This document shows, piece after piece, positions 42,369-51,853 of a stretch of DNA of 64,000 bases (position 1 is its first letter; each line of letters starts with the position of its first letter). The translations under genes and the position numbers were made by a program. The notes below the pieces were generated by a model. It worked only from the letters and a program-made list of their open reading frames with translations, did no database searches and had not been told where the DNA came from. The stretch is taken from IMG/VR virus record IMGVR_UViG_3300028591_000073, positions 32,001-96,000 of that record; one strand, 5' to 3'. Source of the stretch: a virus (taxonomy: Duplodnaviria > Caudoviricetes).

Positions 42369-45300
42369 TCACCCCTCTTTTAGAATTAATTCCGATTTAT
42401 TTAAAAAATATCGATAATCAGATTTGGAGATTGTCTCAGTTACATACACATGCTCCATTAAAGATGCCGAAAATGTATATTGTAAATAACCTTCATGCAC
42501 TTGGATGTTGCTTGATGATAGAGACACAAATCTTTCATCATAATGAATCTGTTCAATATTGGATAAATTCAATACAACCATATGTTTATCAGTTCTTGGA
42601 CCAAATTTGTATTTTGCATATGCAGAATATGGGATTGTCAATAGACTTGTATGTCCATAGTAATATACATCATTTACAACATAAGGCAAGTAACAAGAGC
42701 CATATGTTTTATTGGAATAATGTGTCCAAGGTAAATAAATAGATGTAAACATCGGTATTTCATTTCCAGCAGCATCATATTGTTTGAAATCTGTTCGATA
42801 AATGAATAGATCTGCTGCATTATAATATTGCGATATCATTACCGCACCATTACAATATCGAACTGATTCAGGATATGCCATTGTACCAATATTGATTGTC
42901 TTCACAATTTCAGATGTTTCTTCATCATATGCGTAGATATAATATCTTGTCACAATATAAAATAGATGGTTTCCGTCATAACAAATGCAAGGTGCTGTAT
43001 CAGCCTTTGTCAATTGAAATGTATTAAGCAATGCGAATGTATCCTTATCAATAACACAAACATTCTTATTGCTACCATTTGTACCAACTGCAATGATTTG
43101 TGTATTACCAATTGCCCAATCTGTAACAGTTGTGGTTGATGTACCATTGATGGTGTGTGGATATTTTGTCCATGTATTAATTATGGTATTATATAATAAT
43201 ATGGATTTCTGTCCAAAACAAATGATGGTATGATCATCCCACCATGTCATTTGACCATATGCGATAAATGATTCATTACCACATGCTGCAGTAATGGAGA
43301 CTTCGAATGTTTCTTTGTTGATTCTCGTCAAGCATTGATTATAATTAGCATTATTATTATATGCTTGCGATTGATTGAAATAGAAATATTTTTCATCAAT
43401 CAACATTGGTCCAAGATATGCTCGTGATGCATAGTTTTCTCGTGGATATACTTGCGATAACGTGAATTTATGAATACCATGAACGGTATGATCGATTAAA
43501 TTCATTGCGTTTATCTTAACAAATGGACCACTTTCTATTGTGGACTCAGACACATATGCAACATATAATGTGCGATCATATTCACACATCGTGAAATTAG
43601 TTAAATTTTTCGCATCCCCATCTACCAATCCATCATAATATTCACTCGGAACATCTAGTTTTGATCCAACTGGTAATAACCATTGTGCAGTCTGGATACT
43701 ACCATCTTCACCACGATAATCCTCTGGGTCTTTCAATTCCATAGTTCGTTCTTCCACAATAAGTTTGTCTTGGTTGTCAATATCAAAATAATAGTGTTTG
43801 AAAATACGTCTACCATGCTCATCCAACTTTACATACGTATTTCCAGTACTTTGATTTGCGGTATCTAATTGCAACAAATATGCTTTGTATCTTTTTTGGT
43901 TATTTGTCAAATGATCAACTGTGAGTTCGATTGTGGTTTTTTCATCATCATGTGTGATATTATAATATCGATCAAATGATTCCGTGTCATATACATCATC
44001 AATATCGCAATTTATAACGGATAATGTTTCTGGAATATCAATTGTAATGGTTTGTGCATATGGTATTACATATAATTGAATTGCATTCACATCATCATTT
44101 TCAGCATAAGATATGATTTTATAATTATCTGATAAACCATTATCGGATGTGAAAGAACTTCCATATGTTTCAAATGTTGTTATATCAATGGATTGGTTTT
44201 CTAATAATACCCATGTGTCATTTTCTTTATCATAATATTTATATCCGTATTCATCACGGCAAATACACTTTGCCAAAACAGATATTGCTTCAATTTGTGT
44301 TTTGGTATGCCATATTGGTAAATCATTCCCGCCTTGTACAGTGGTGGTTTCTGTCAAATAATATTCCTCTTCATTACATGCATATCCACTTGGAATATCA
44401 GTTATAGGTGTATTTGCAGTTAATGTGAAACCAGAACCACCAGCTCCACCTCTTTGCCAGTCATAGTTAGATGTTCTGACGGTGGCATATCCGCCATACC
44501 ATCCACCACCGCCACTTCCAGGGTATGCACTACTGTAACCTACACTTGCTTCACCTTCACCAAATGCATATCCGGTTGATTGTGTGCCAGGACCACTGTT
44601 ATTACCTTGATTCGTGGTGGCAGGTTGTCCGCCGGTTTCACCACCACCAACACCACCGTATCCACCAACCATACCTTCGGAACCAGCACCACCGGCAACA
44701 ATGACACGGTGATACAAATCATCCACATCAAAACGAATATCAGTTCCGCCACCAGATGAAGATATAATTCTGGTACGATTCTGCATGCTCTTTCCACCAT
44801 TAAATTTTAATGATGGTAAATTTGCGATTGCCATCGCATTTGCAAATGTATCAGAATATCCAATATCCGCACGAGGACCGCCACTTCCACCTGTATAAAC
44901 ATAAATCTCATGATCATTTTGTGTATTGATCATTCCTTCGGAATATCCACCTTTTACACAATGGGATGTCCTTGCACGAGAACCACCATCTCCACCCCAC
45001 ACTTTTAATTTATATTTTCCCGCTGGTAAATCGTGAGATACTAAATTACCGGTACACGGATAAACAATAATATCACCTGTTTTGATGTTCTCTTCTAACT
45101 TACAAATGTAAACATGACCATTATTCCAATCTAACGGATTATTGGAAAACAAATCTCCCATTGCTTGTCCGCCATGTAATAATACTTTTGTGAAATAATA
45201 TTTGGAATCAGGGTCATATCCATCAGGTTTATACGAGGATGCTGTTAATACATAACTAGAGCCACCACCACCTTGTTTTGTCATATTGGTGGCGTTTTGA

Positions 45301-46688
45301 TTATGTGGTATAGATGCATATCCGGAATACCATCCACCACCTCCACCACCACATCCTTCTGCAGAATAATTATTTGATGATGTTCGTTTTACGGGATGAC
45401 ATCCATAACCGAATGCATATCCGTCAGTTTGCGACGGATATAGATCACAAAATCCATCTGGCCCGGTACTATAACCGGGAGAAACAGACCCATATGGTCC
45501 ACCACCATATGAACATCCGTCATTCCAGTTACCTGTTTCGATTTGATGACAACCACCGCCACCGCCAGCAGCAACCATGATTCGAGAATTTAATGATGGA
45601 TGATTCGTTTTCGGAGGACCTTGCAACCATGTTCCAATATTTGATGTGATGAAGACATGATTTATGATATCAAACAATCCTTCTTTGTGATCTGCATTAC
45701 GATATGCCGGAACATAATTCTTTATAACAGTCTCATCACCTGTTTCCGTATCGATCTCCGATATCTTGAAAGAATACAATTTAAATTTATCCCAGCTACC
45801 CTCTGATGAAAGACTATTATTACTTGCATTATTTGCAGTATTAATCAATAACGGACAAATGCAATCATTCACAATACCAGTAGATATTACACTTCCATTT
45901 GGTGTTTCGGAATCATCGAAGAACCATTCTGCTTTATCTTGATAACAGATGAGTTTAATTTTCTCATTATATAAGAAATCAGCACCTTGTGTTTCAGCAC
46001 CACTTCTATTATATACTGGAATATTGTTGTTATTAAAACGGGAAAAGAATACAAATGCATTGTTTTGATATGAATAATTTTTGGCACCGAATAATATCTC
46101 ATATGCTTGAATCGTATTCTCAAAACAAACGACCTCTGTTTCAATTTTTGTATTCGATTTTGGAATATATTCCGTATTAAAATATCCCGAGTTATTACTA
46201 CCTATGGCATAGATGTATTCTAGTTGTGTATATGTGTTATCATCCACATCAATAAGAGTTTCTGATGTTGGAAATATAATACTTCCGTCATCACTGTATG
46301 TTGGATATTCGGTTGGGTCATATGGAAGTAAACGGATATCAGTTGCCCCACCACCGCCTGGTCCATGTGAATATGTTGATGAATAACTCATACCGCCATG
46401 TGCTCCACCATTAAATCCACCGGTGCATAATGCGTAATCTATGTTGTAATCAGCACCATCAGACCCAACAACGGCATGGAATGTGGTTGTTTCATTTAAT
46501 GTAATTTCACCATATGTGATACCACCGTATTCTTTGATATCACGAGAACCCTTTCCACCATGAGCTCCTTCACAGATAAACAAATATGTTCCGGGTTCTA
46601 ACGTAAATGGTTGATCTGTTCCTGTATAAAAAAATTCTTGTTCTACTCTCCATAATTGGTTATCATAACCAATGAGTTTGTTTGACAT
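42369..46688 (-). CDS. Glycine-rich receptor-binding/tail protein
   Basis: Two glycine-rich domains (GGGGATDIR...RIMVAAGGGG; GGGTDIR...RVIVAGGAG). A lectin/ConA-like insert sits in the first, and the C-terminus is propeller-like. Confidence 0.7.
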   Translation of the reverse strand: MSNKLIGYDNQLWRVEQEFFYTGTDQPFTLEPGTYLFICEGAHGGKGSRDIKEYGGITYGEITLNETTTFHAVVGSDGADYNIDYALCTGGFNGGAHGGMSYSSTYSHGPGGGGATDIRLLPYDPTEYPTYSDDGSIIFPTSETLIDVDDNTYTQLEYIYAIGSNNSGYFNTEYIPKSNTKIETEVVCFENTIQAYEILFGAKNYSYQNNAFVFFSRFNNNNIPVYNRSGAETQGADFLYNEKIKLICYQDKAEWFFDDSETPNGSVISTGIVNDCICPLLINTANNASNNSLSSEGSWDKFKLYSFKISEIDTETGDETVIKNYVPAYRNADHKEGLFDIINHVFITSNIGTWLQGPPKTNHPSLNSRIMVAAGGGGGCHQIETGNWNDGCSYGGGPYGSVSPGYSTGPDGFCDLYPSQTDGYAFGYGCHPVKRTSSNNYSAEGCGGGGGGWYSGYASIPHNQNATNMTKQGGGGSSYVLTASSYKPDGYDPDSKYYFTKVLLHGGQAMGDLFSNNPLDWNNGHVYICKLEENIKTGDIIVYPCTGNLVSHDLPAGKYKLKVWGGDGGSRARTSHCVKGGYSEGMINTQNDHEIYVYTGGSGGPRADIGYSDTFANAMAIANLPSLKFNGGKSMQNRTRIISSSGGGTDIRFDVDDLYHRVIVAGGAGSEGMVGGYGGVGGGETGGQPATTNQGNNSGPGTQSTGYAFGEGEASVGYSSAYPGSGGGGWYGGYATVRTSNYDWQRGGAGGSGFTLTANTPITDIPSGYACNEEEYYLTETTTVQGGNDLPIWHTKTQIEAISVLAKCICRDEYGYKYYDKENDTWVLLENQSIDITTFETYGSSFTSDNGLSDNYKIISYAENDDVNAIQLYVIPYAQTITIDIPETLSVINCDIDDVYDTESFDRYYNITHDDEKTTIELTVDHLTNNQKRYKAYLLQLDTANQSTGNTYVKLDEHGRRIFKHYYFDIDNQDKLIVEERTMELKDPEDYRGEDGSIQTAQWLLPVGSKLDVPSEYYDGLVDGDAKNLTNFTMCEYDRTLYVAYVSESTIESGPFVKINAMNLIDHTVHGIHKFTLSQVYPRENYASRAYLGPMLIDEKYFYFNQSQAYNNNANYNQCLTRINKETFEVSITAACGNESFIAYGQMTWWDDHTIICFGQKSILLYNTIINTWTKYPHTINGTSTTTVTDWAIGNTQIIAVGTNGSNKNVCVIDKDTFALLNTFQLTKADTAPCICYDGNHLFYIVTRYYIYAYDEETSEIVKTINIGTMAYPESVRYCNGAVMISQYYNAADLFIYRTDFKQYDAAGNEIPMFTSIYLPWTHYSNKTYGSCYLPYVVNDVYYYGHTSLLTIPYSAYAKYKFGPRTDKHMVVLNLSNIEQIHYDERFVSLSSSNIQVHEGYLQYTFSASLMEHVYVTETISKSDYRYFLNKSELILKEG

Positions 46689-46771
46689 AATCTCACTTCC
46701 TTATTTCATGAAATTAAGTTAATAAAAATATGCGGGGCATATGCCCCGCATACATGAAACGATATGCGTTA

Positions 46772-48748
46772 TTAGCCAGTCCATACGACCTGACAATCTT
46801 CTGGAGCACCCCAAGGAGCACCAGTAATGGAATTCTCTGCTTTATTGATTGTGATTCTCTTAAGATTTGGACAATCTTTAAATGCACCATCCAATCCACC
46901 ATCTATGTCTTCTTGTATTTCCGTAATTCCAGAACCGATTACAACTTCTTCAAGTGCGTCACATGCTTCGAATACACCGGCACCGATGCTGGAGCAATGA
47001 TCTGGAATTGTAACATTTGTTAATGATGGACAATATGCGAATGCACCATTCTTTATCTTAAGATCAGTACCACCACTTTCGAATGTAATGTTCTCCAACC
47101 AGGGATTGTAATTGAAAGCACCATTGTCAATTAATGTCACGGATTTCGGAATTGTAATTTCCGTAAATGCATTATATGTAAATGCAGAAGTATCGATTGT
47201 TTCAACACCATTCTCAAGTGTTAATGTGACAGCAGATACATTACGCATTTCCGGATTTATCACAGTACGACCTCGGAAAGCAGATTGTGTGATATTTTTA
47301 ACACTACCAGGAATTGTGATATGTCGAATAGATGTCGTCTCAAATGCACCTTGTTCTATTGTGGTAAGCTGATTTGACAGAGTGAGTGATTGTAATGATG
47401 TCATATTACTCAACCAACCAGAACCCAATGATCCAGTAAATCCATTGTTCATATGATAGAGAACAATGTTCTTGACAGCCCAGTCTTGAGTACCCCACAT
47501 ATCAGGATAACGTCTGATGAATGCCGTATTTTCATCATTCATACCAGTAGCTGTGTATGTGCAATCATCACCAATCACAACGGAGAACATATTGGTTGGG
47601 TGTGCAACCAGATACGCACACATATCAGAATACAAATCATATGTTGTCAATTCATTTGTTGTCATATTAATGAGATTGATCTTTTCATCATCGATATTAA
47701 GATATGTGATTGTTGCATTCGTAGCACCCCAAGGTGCATTGGAAATTGCTCCTTCTTTATTCAAAACAATGATATTGAGGTCCTCGGCCATATTCCCAAA
47801 CGCATTAGCATGAATTTGTTTGATACTTGGCGGAATCACGAGTGTTTTAACATTTGTACAGAACTGGAATGCAGCTGCTCCATCAATCGATTCCAATGTA
47901 AGTGGGAATTCAATTGATGTAACACCTCTTCTGCCAGAAAAACATTCCGTGGGAATTGATTTAATACCAGTTCCAATCTTAATGGTCTTTGTTGCATCCA
48001 TGATTGCATACATTTCTTCTGCTCTTTCCTCAGTATCAAACTGAGTAGGTCGAGCGACAGCGAAGCATGATGTTCCAAGTGACGTAACAGAATCGGGAAT
48101 GATAATACTTTCAAGTGGACACTCGGCAAATGCAACATTTCCAATGGATTGTAAATTATCATTGAAAATAACAGTTGTCAATTTTTCACATCCACTGAAT
48201 GCAGTATCACCAATAGATTTTAGGTTATCATTCAATTCAACTGTTGTTAGTTGCGCACAGGATGTGAATGTAAGTGCCGGTATTGTTTTCATATTTTTAC
48301 CAAGTTTTACGGAGTCCAATTTTGCCAAACCTTGATATTTGATTGCAATAGTCTCAGATTCATCACCAAACACAATTCGTTTCACATTTGCCAAACTGGT
48401 TGTACGATTAGTAATCTGCATATCCCCAGAGAATACAATTGTGAATTCTTGATCTGCATTCTCAGACAAATCCATATATGCAACTGCATCATCAACTGTG
48501 TCAAAATATTTTATGTCAAAAAAAGTCGATGTCGATTTTGTAGTATTGATGACTGTAACTTTACCATCTCTTGCCAATAATTCTGGATTGACAATTCGCA
48601 TTGGTGTTGGAATGTCTTTTAAAAATGATGCGGCTGGATTCTTTTTAGATGTAGAAGATGCATATGTGTTATTTGATATCAGATCGAGTTTTCTTTCATT
48701 TGATGTTTGTTGAAGACGTGTGCCCCCAACTAAGTCAATTCTAGCCAT
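46772..48748 (-). CDS. BspA-type leucine-rich repeat (LRR_5) protein
   Basis: Repeats such as LKSIGDTAFSGCEKL and two blocks each capped by APWGA. True start is ATG 48748 with GAAAGGAG RBS. Confidence 0.85.
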   Translation of the reverse strand: MARIDLVGGTRLQQTSNERKLDLISNNTYASSTSKKNPAASFLKDIPTPMRIVNPELLARDGKVTVINTTKSTSTFFDIKYFDTVDDAVAYMDLSENADQEFTIVFSGDMQITNRTTSLANVKRIVFGDESETIAIKYQGLAKLDSVKLGKNMKTIPALTFTSCAQLTTVELNDNLKSIGDTAFSGCEKLTTVIFNDNLQSIGNVAFAECPLESIIIPDSVTSLGTSCFAVARPTQFDTEERAEEMYAIMDATKTIKIGTGIKSIPTECFSGRRGVTSIEFPLTLESIDGAAAFQFCTNVKTLVIPPSIKQIHANAFGNMAEDLNIIVLNKEGAISNAPWGATNATITYLNIDDEKINLINMTTNELTTYDLYSDMCAYLVAHPTNMFSVVIGDDCTYTATGMNDENTAFIRRYPDMWGTQDWAVKNIVLYHMNNGFTGSLGSGWLSNMTSLQSLTLSNQLTTIEQGAFETTSIRHITIPGSVKNITQSAFRGRTVINPEMRNVSAVTLTLENGVETIDTSAFTYNAFTEITIPKSVTLIDNGAFNYNPWLENITFESGGTDLKIKNGAFAYCPSLTNVTIPDHCSSIGAGVFEACDALEEVVIGSGITEIQEDIDGGLDGAFKDCPNLKRITINKAENSITGAPWGAPEDCQVVWTG

Positions 48749-48818
48749 ATAAATAGCTCCTTTCTTAAATAAGTTATGAAAACGTTTTATATGGAAGGGG
48801 CCAACGGCCCCTTCATTA

Positions 48819-49811
48819 TTAAGCATCCGTAATTTCATCAAAATAATTGCATTCCAGATTTCCAGCTGCCGCATGCACATGTCCATTCCCATTAAAGTAC
48901 TTTTGACAGATTTCGGCACAATTAAATTGTGAATTGCCATTGGAGTAAAAGGTATATGTCCATTTATCAACACTGCCATCATATGAGAATTTGCACACGA
49001 AATCATATTCAATATACTTATCGCCAAATAATAGAGAATTGCCAATTGGGCAGTTTACAACCCATCCCTTGAATCCATCGATTTCCATTTCAAATCCATT
49101 ATGATTTGCTTGTTCATAAATCGATTTCTGGTATTTCGCAATTCCACGACCAAGTTCTACCAATGAAACAATCTGTTTATAATCGCGCTCATATAACAAC
49201 ATTTCCCACACATCATTGTTCAAGGGTTGTGTATCGAGCGTTCTTAATGCAGTCTCGAAATATCTGGAATTGTCGAATTGATGTGTCCATGTATCGTGAT
49301 CGTTAATATAACGAACGGCATCTGGGACACCATATTCTCTCATACGTCTTTTGTCATTTGGATAAAATGCCAGATGAGTATAATCTTCTGTGAAATCATA
49401 TTCTACTGAATTGGGATTCAACTGCTCATCCATTGTCATACAGGAATAAACATATGTCAGCATACATGCAGAAATATCCACACGATAAAAGTTTGTAACA
49501 CGTTCATACAAAATCTTATCACGTTCACTCAGGTTCTTTTCGAATTCTTTTCCACCAATGTGATGGTCGATATGGATGATATCGCAATCTTTCTTTAAAC
49601 ATTTTCGAATTACTTGCATCACATTTTCATCCAATGCCAAATCCACAATCATAACTCGTTCTTTGTTATGAATGTCTTCTTCATTTAATTCAATGGCTTT
49701 TTGATGTCCATATTCGATAAATGTCTTTGGTTCAAAATCATTTGCAATCTGCATTGCAACAATCGCAGCTGCACAACGTCCATCTGCATCATTGTGATGA
49801 ATACATATCAT
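48819..49811 (-). CDS. DHH-family phosphoesterase
   Basis: HHNDADG, IVD, IDHH and C-terminal GNGHVHAAA motifs. Confidence 0.9.
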   Translation of the reverse strand: MICIHHNDADGRCAAAIVAMQIANDFEPKTFIEYGHQKAIELNEEDIHNKERVMIVDLALDENVMQVIRKCLKKDCDIIHIDHHIGGKEFEKNLSERDKILYERVTNFYRVDISACMLTYVYSCMTMDEQLNPNSVEYDFTEDYTHLAFYPNDKRRMREYGVPDAVRYINDHDTWTHQFDNSRYFETALRTLDTQPLNNDVWEMLLYERDYKQIVSLVELGRGIAKYQKSIYEQANHNGFEMEIDGFKGWVVNCPIGNSLLFGDKYIEYDFVCKFSYDGSVDKWTYTFYSNGNSQFNCAEICQKYFNGNGHVHAAAGNLECNYFDEITDA

Positions 49812-49822
49812 ATGATCACTCC

Positions 49823-50263
49823 TTACTTCTTAAAATGTTTCATTGCATTCTCTTTGAAATCGAGATATCTCTCAGGCGGATATGCAGATTCATTCTTGAT
49901 TGCGTTCTTACGACGAGTACACGTGGATGGTGAATAACCGGTGAATGCTGCAATCTCACGTACACGATATCCCATATCAAATAAGACATTGATTGCCATG
50001 ACTTCATCATCAAATGTTTTGAAATCAAATATCTTAAAACGATATGTGCGATGGTATTGTCTCTTGACAGTTTTGCTGACTCTGGTATATTCCCATATGA
50101 TGAGTTTCCCATCATGTGTTTTTGCACGAACGAATGTCACATCTGTCAATGGATTCGTTACCATCGCAATTTCTCTGATGTCATTGGTATCAATTTCATG
50201 ATTTGCATATAATGCAAGACCAGCATCTACTGCACTTACGATTGTAATTTTTTCTTGTTTCAT
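49823..50263 (-). CDS. Helix-turn-helix DNA-binding protein
   Basis: GYRVREIAAFTGYSPSTCTRR HTH motif. Likely start is ATG 50263; the ORF-track extension runs through the RNA repeat. Confidence 0.7.
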   Translation of the reverse strand: MKQEKITIVSAVDAGLALYANHEIDTNDIREIAMVTNPLTDVTFVRAKTHDGKLIIWEYTRVSKTVKRQYHRTYRFKIFDFKTFDDEVMAINVLFDMGYRVREIAAFTGYSPSTCTRRKNAIKNESAYPPERYLDFKENAMKHFKK

Positions 50264-50274
50264 AATGTTAATCC

Positions 50275-50398
50275 TGACATATTGTTTCCTACCCATAAGA
50301 ACTAATGTTCTTGGCGATAGGCTCATACCGTGTGTCGCCACGGCTGTTTATATTCACGAATCAAGTAAGTCAGGAACAACCTACTTTCTTAAATTATT
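50275..50398 (-). ncRNA. TnpB omegaRNA-like scaffold, copy A, with shared 5' hairpin segment
   Basis: CCGUG-GCGACA-CACGG hairpin, UAUGAG, CCUAUC/GGUAGG stem enclosing AAGAAC-AUUA-GUUCUU, and terminal UGUCA complementary to loop GACA. Covaries with copy B and lies just 3' of a tnpB remnant. Confidence 0.6.
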
Positions 50399-50518
50399 TT
50401 ACGACATACAAATGTCCTTGATTGTGAATTTTCTCATACTCCAAGAGTTTATTTGTCTTAATGCTTCATTACGTAGATTGATAGCAGCATTATAATCTCT
50501 ATCAATTACTAATCCACT
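50399..50518 (-). pseudogene. tnpB: tnpB 3'-end remnant (RuvC-III) followed by a degenerate scaffold copy
   Basis: Translates SGLVIDRDYNAAINLRNEALRQI, matching the CG..xDRDxNAAxN C-terminal motif of IS200/IS605/IS607 TnpB. No start codon or remainder of the gene. Confidence 0.8.
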
Positions 50519-50521
50519 TTC

Positions 50522-50641
50522 CGACAATGTTTCTTACCCAAGGACACCATTGTGTTCAGACAGTAAGCTCATACCCAGTGTCGCCTGGGCTGTTTATCAC
50601 ACATTAAGTAAGTCAGGAGTTCCTCACTTTCTTAAATTATT
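50522..50641 (-). ncRNA. TnpB omegaRNA-like scaffold, copy B
   Basis: CCCAG-GCGACA-CUGGG, UAUGAG, CUUACU/GGUAAG stem and terminal UGUCG. Compensatory changes relative to copy A. Confidence 0.6.
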
Positions 50642-50652
50642 AAATCCTCCAT

Positions 50653-51741
50653 TTATAGCCCAAAAAAATAATAACGCCACATTTCTTTTACGTATGATTC
50701 ACCCATCGAACTCAGGTATCTCAAATCTTCAATAAACTGTTTCTCCAATTGCTCCTTATCAGAACCCCTTTTATCAAATAACATAGCAAGCAAGTCCTCA
50801 ATACACATTTGTTCAATTTCTGGTTCATCTTTCACATCTTCATCAAGGTCCATAGCCGCTGTCATCTTGTCAATCTTTTCTTTTTCTTTAGATTTCAGAT
50901 ATTCTTCCTCCATTTTTGAGAACACATTACACAGTTCATCGAAAGCTTCATTGATAGATTTCTTATCCTCTTTGTAAGATTTTTTATTATTCTCCATCTC
51001 ATCCAATACGTTGGAACCTTGTGCTTTTCCGACCTTGGTTGAGACATGGAAAATGCTATCGATTCTGGTTTTGTGGTTGATGTAGAAGTCTTTATCATAT
51101 TCGATGTCTTCAAACAAAGGAAGCATCTTCTTACGGAATTCCAGCAGAAGTGCAATTGCGATTTCTCTAATATTCGGATGTGCAGAAGAAGCACATCTGA
51201 GTTCAAAGAAATGTCTCCATGCACGAATGTCCATGGTGACTTTCATATTTACTTTCAGTGCTTGGGGAAGTACTGCCCTGGCTTCCTGAGGTTTTGCACC
51301 ATTCTTGATAAGCTGATTATATGCGTAAGCAGCAGTTTCACAAGCTTCTTGGAAAATCTTATAACGGATATCCAAGGCTTTTCCATCAGGGAATACCTTT
51401 GCATTTTTATCATATTCTACAGGAATAATGAATTCAACACCTTTAGAATAGTTGACATAACGTGTGGACTCAACGGAATATCCAACACCAATTCTATGGC
51501 GTGTCCATTCTGCAAGCACATCACGTGACGTAATCACATCTACTGTGACAGATTGGTGTTCCAATACGGATGTGTGTCCACTCTTGATAATTCCACGAAG
51601 GAAATCAGCCGTCGGTTTTGTATGTTGCTTGAATTCAGACTGGTAACAGGTCCTTGCACATTTTTCCAGATTTCTCATAATGTGAAAACCGTTTACATCA
51701 TCAACAAACTGGGCACTTGGGGTAATTAATTCAATACTCAT
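50653..51741 (-). CDS. thyX: FAD-dependent thymidylate synthase with C-terminal acidic extension
   Basis: HTSVLEH, RHRxxxxSVESTRY, QEARAVLP, WRHFFELR and AHPNIR motifs. Confidence 0.95.
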   Translation of the reverse strand: MSIELITPSAQFVDDVNGFHIMRNLEKCARTCYQSEFKQHTKPTADFLRGIIKSGHTSVLEHQSVTVDVITSRDVLAEWTRHRIGVGYSVESTRYVNYSKGVEFIIPVEYDKNAKVFPDGKALDIRYKIFQEACETAAYAYNQLIKNGAKPQEARAVLPQALKVNMKVTMDIRAWRHFFELRCASSAHPNIREIAIALLLEFRKKMLPLFEDIEYDKDFYINHKTRIDSIFHVSTKVGKAQGSNVLDEMENNKKSYKEDKKSINEAFDELCNVFSKMEEEYLKSKEKEKIDKMTAAMDLDEDVKDEPEIEQMCIEDLLAMLFDKRGSDKEQLEKQFIEDLRYLSSMGESYVKEMWRYYFFGL

Positions 51742-51853
51742 AACAAATATCTCCTTTATAAGAAAAAATAATACATGGAGAATAATCCATGTATTATTTT
51801 AGTTAAAGCTACTTGATTTATATAAGATAGCGGGGCCGAAGCCCCGCATATCA

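Noticed and set aside
35045-48748. Diversity-generating retroelement acting on tail/adhesin genes
   Set aside because: No reverse transcriptase and no adenine-specific TR/VR pair seen.
48749-49045. 99-codon N-terminal extension of the LRR ORF overlapping the DHH gene
   Set aside because: It crosses a terminator-like hairpin and promoter motif, and a strong RBS sits at ATG 48748.
50264-50341. N-terminal extension of the HTH ORF
   Set aside because: It runs through the structured repeat with no RBS.
50275-50641. Hammerhead ribozyme, ZTP/THF riboswitch or CRISPR reading of the two repeats
   Set aside because: GAAAC..GUC is present, but there is no intact CUGAnGA core or stem I. CGCCUGGGC occurs in one copy only and on the wrong strand. 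The units are too long and too few for CRISPR. The tnpB remnant explains them better.
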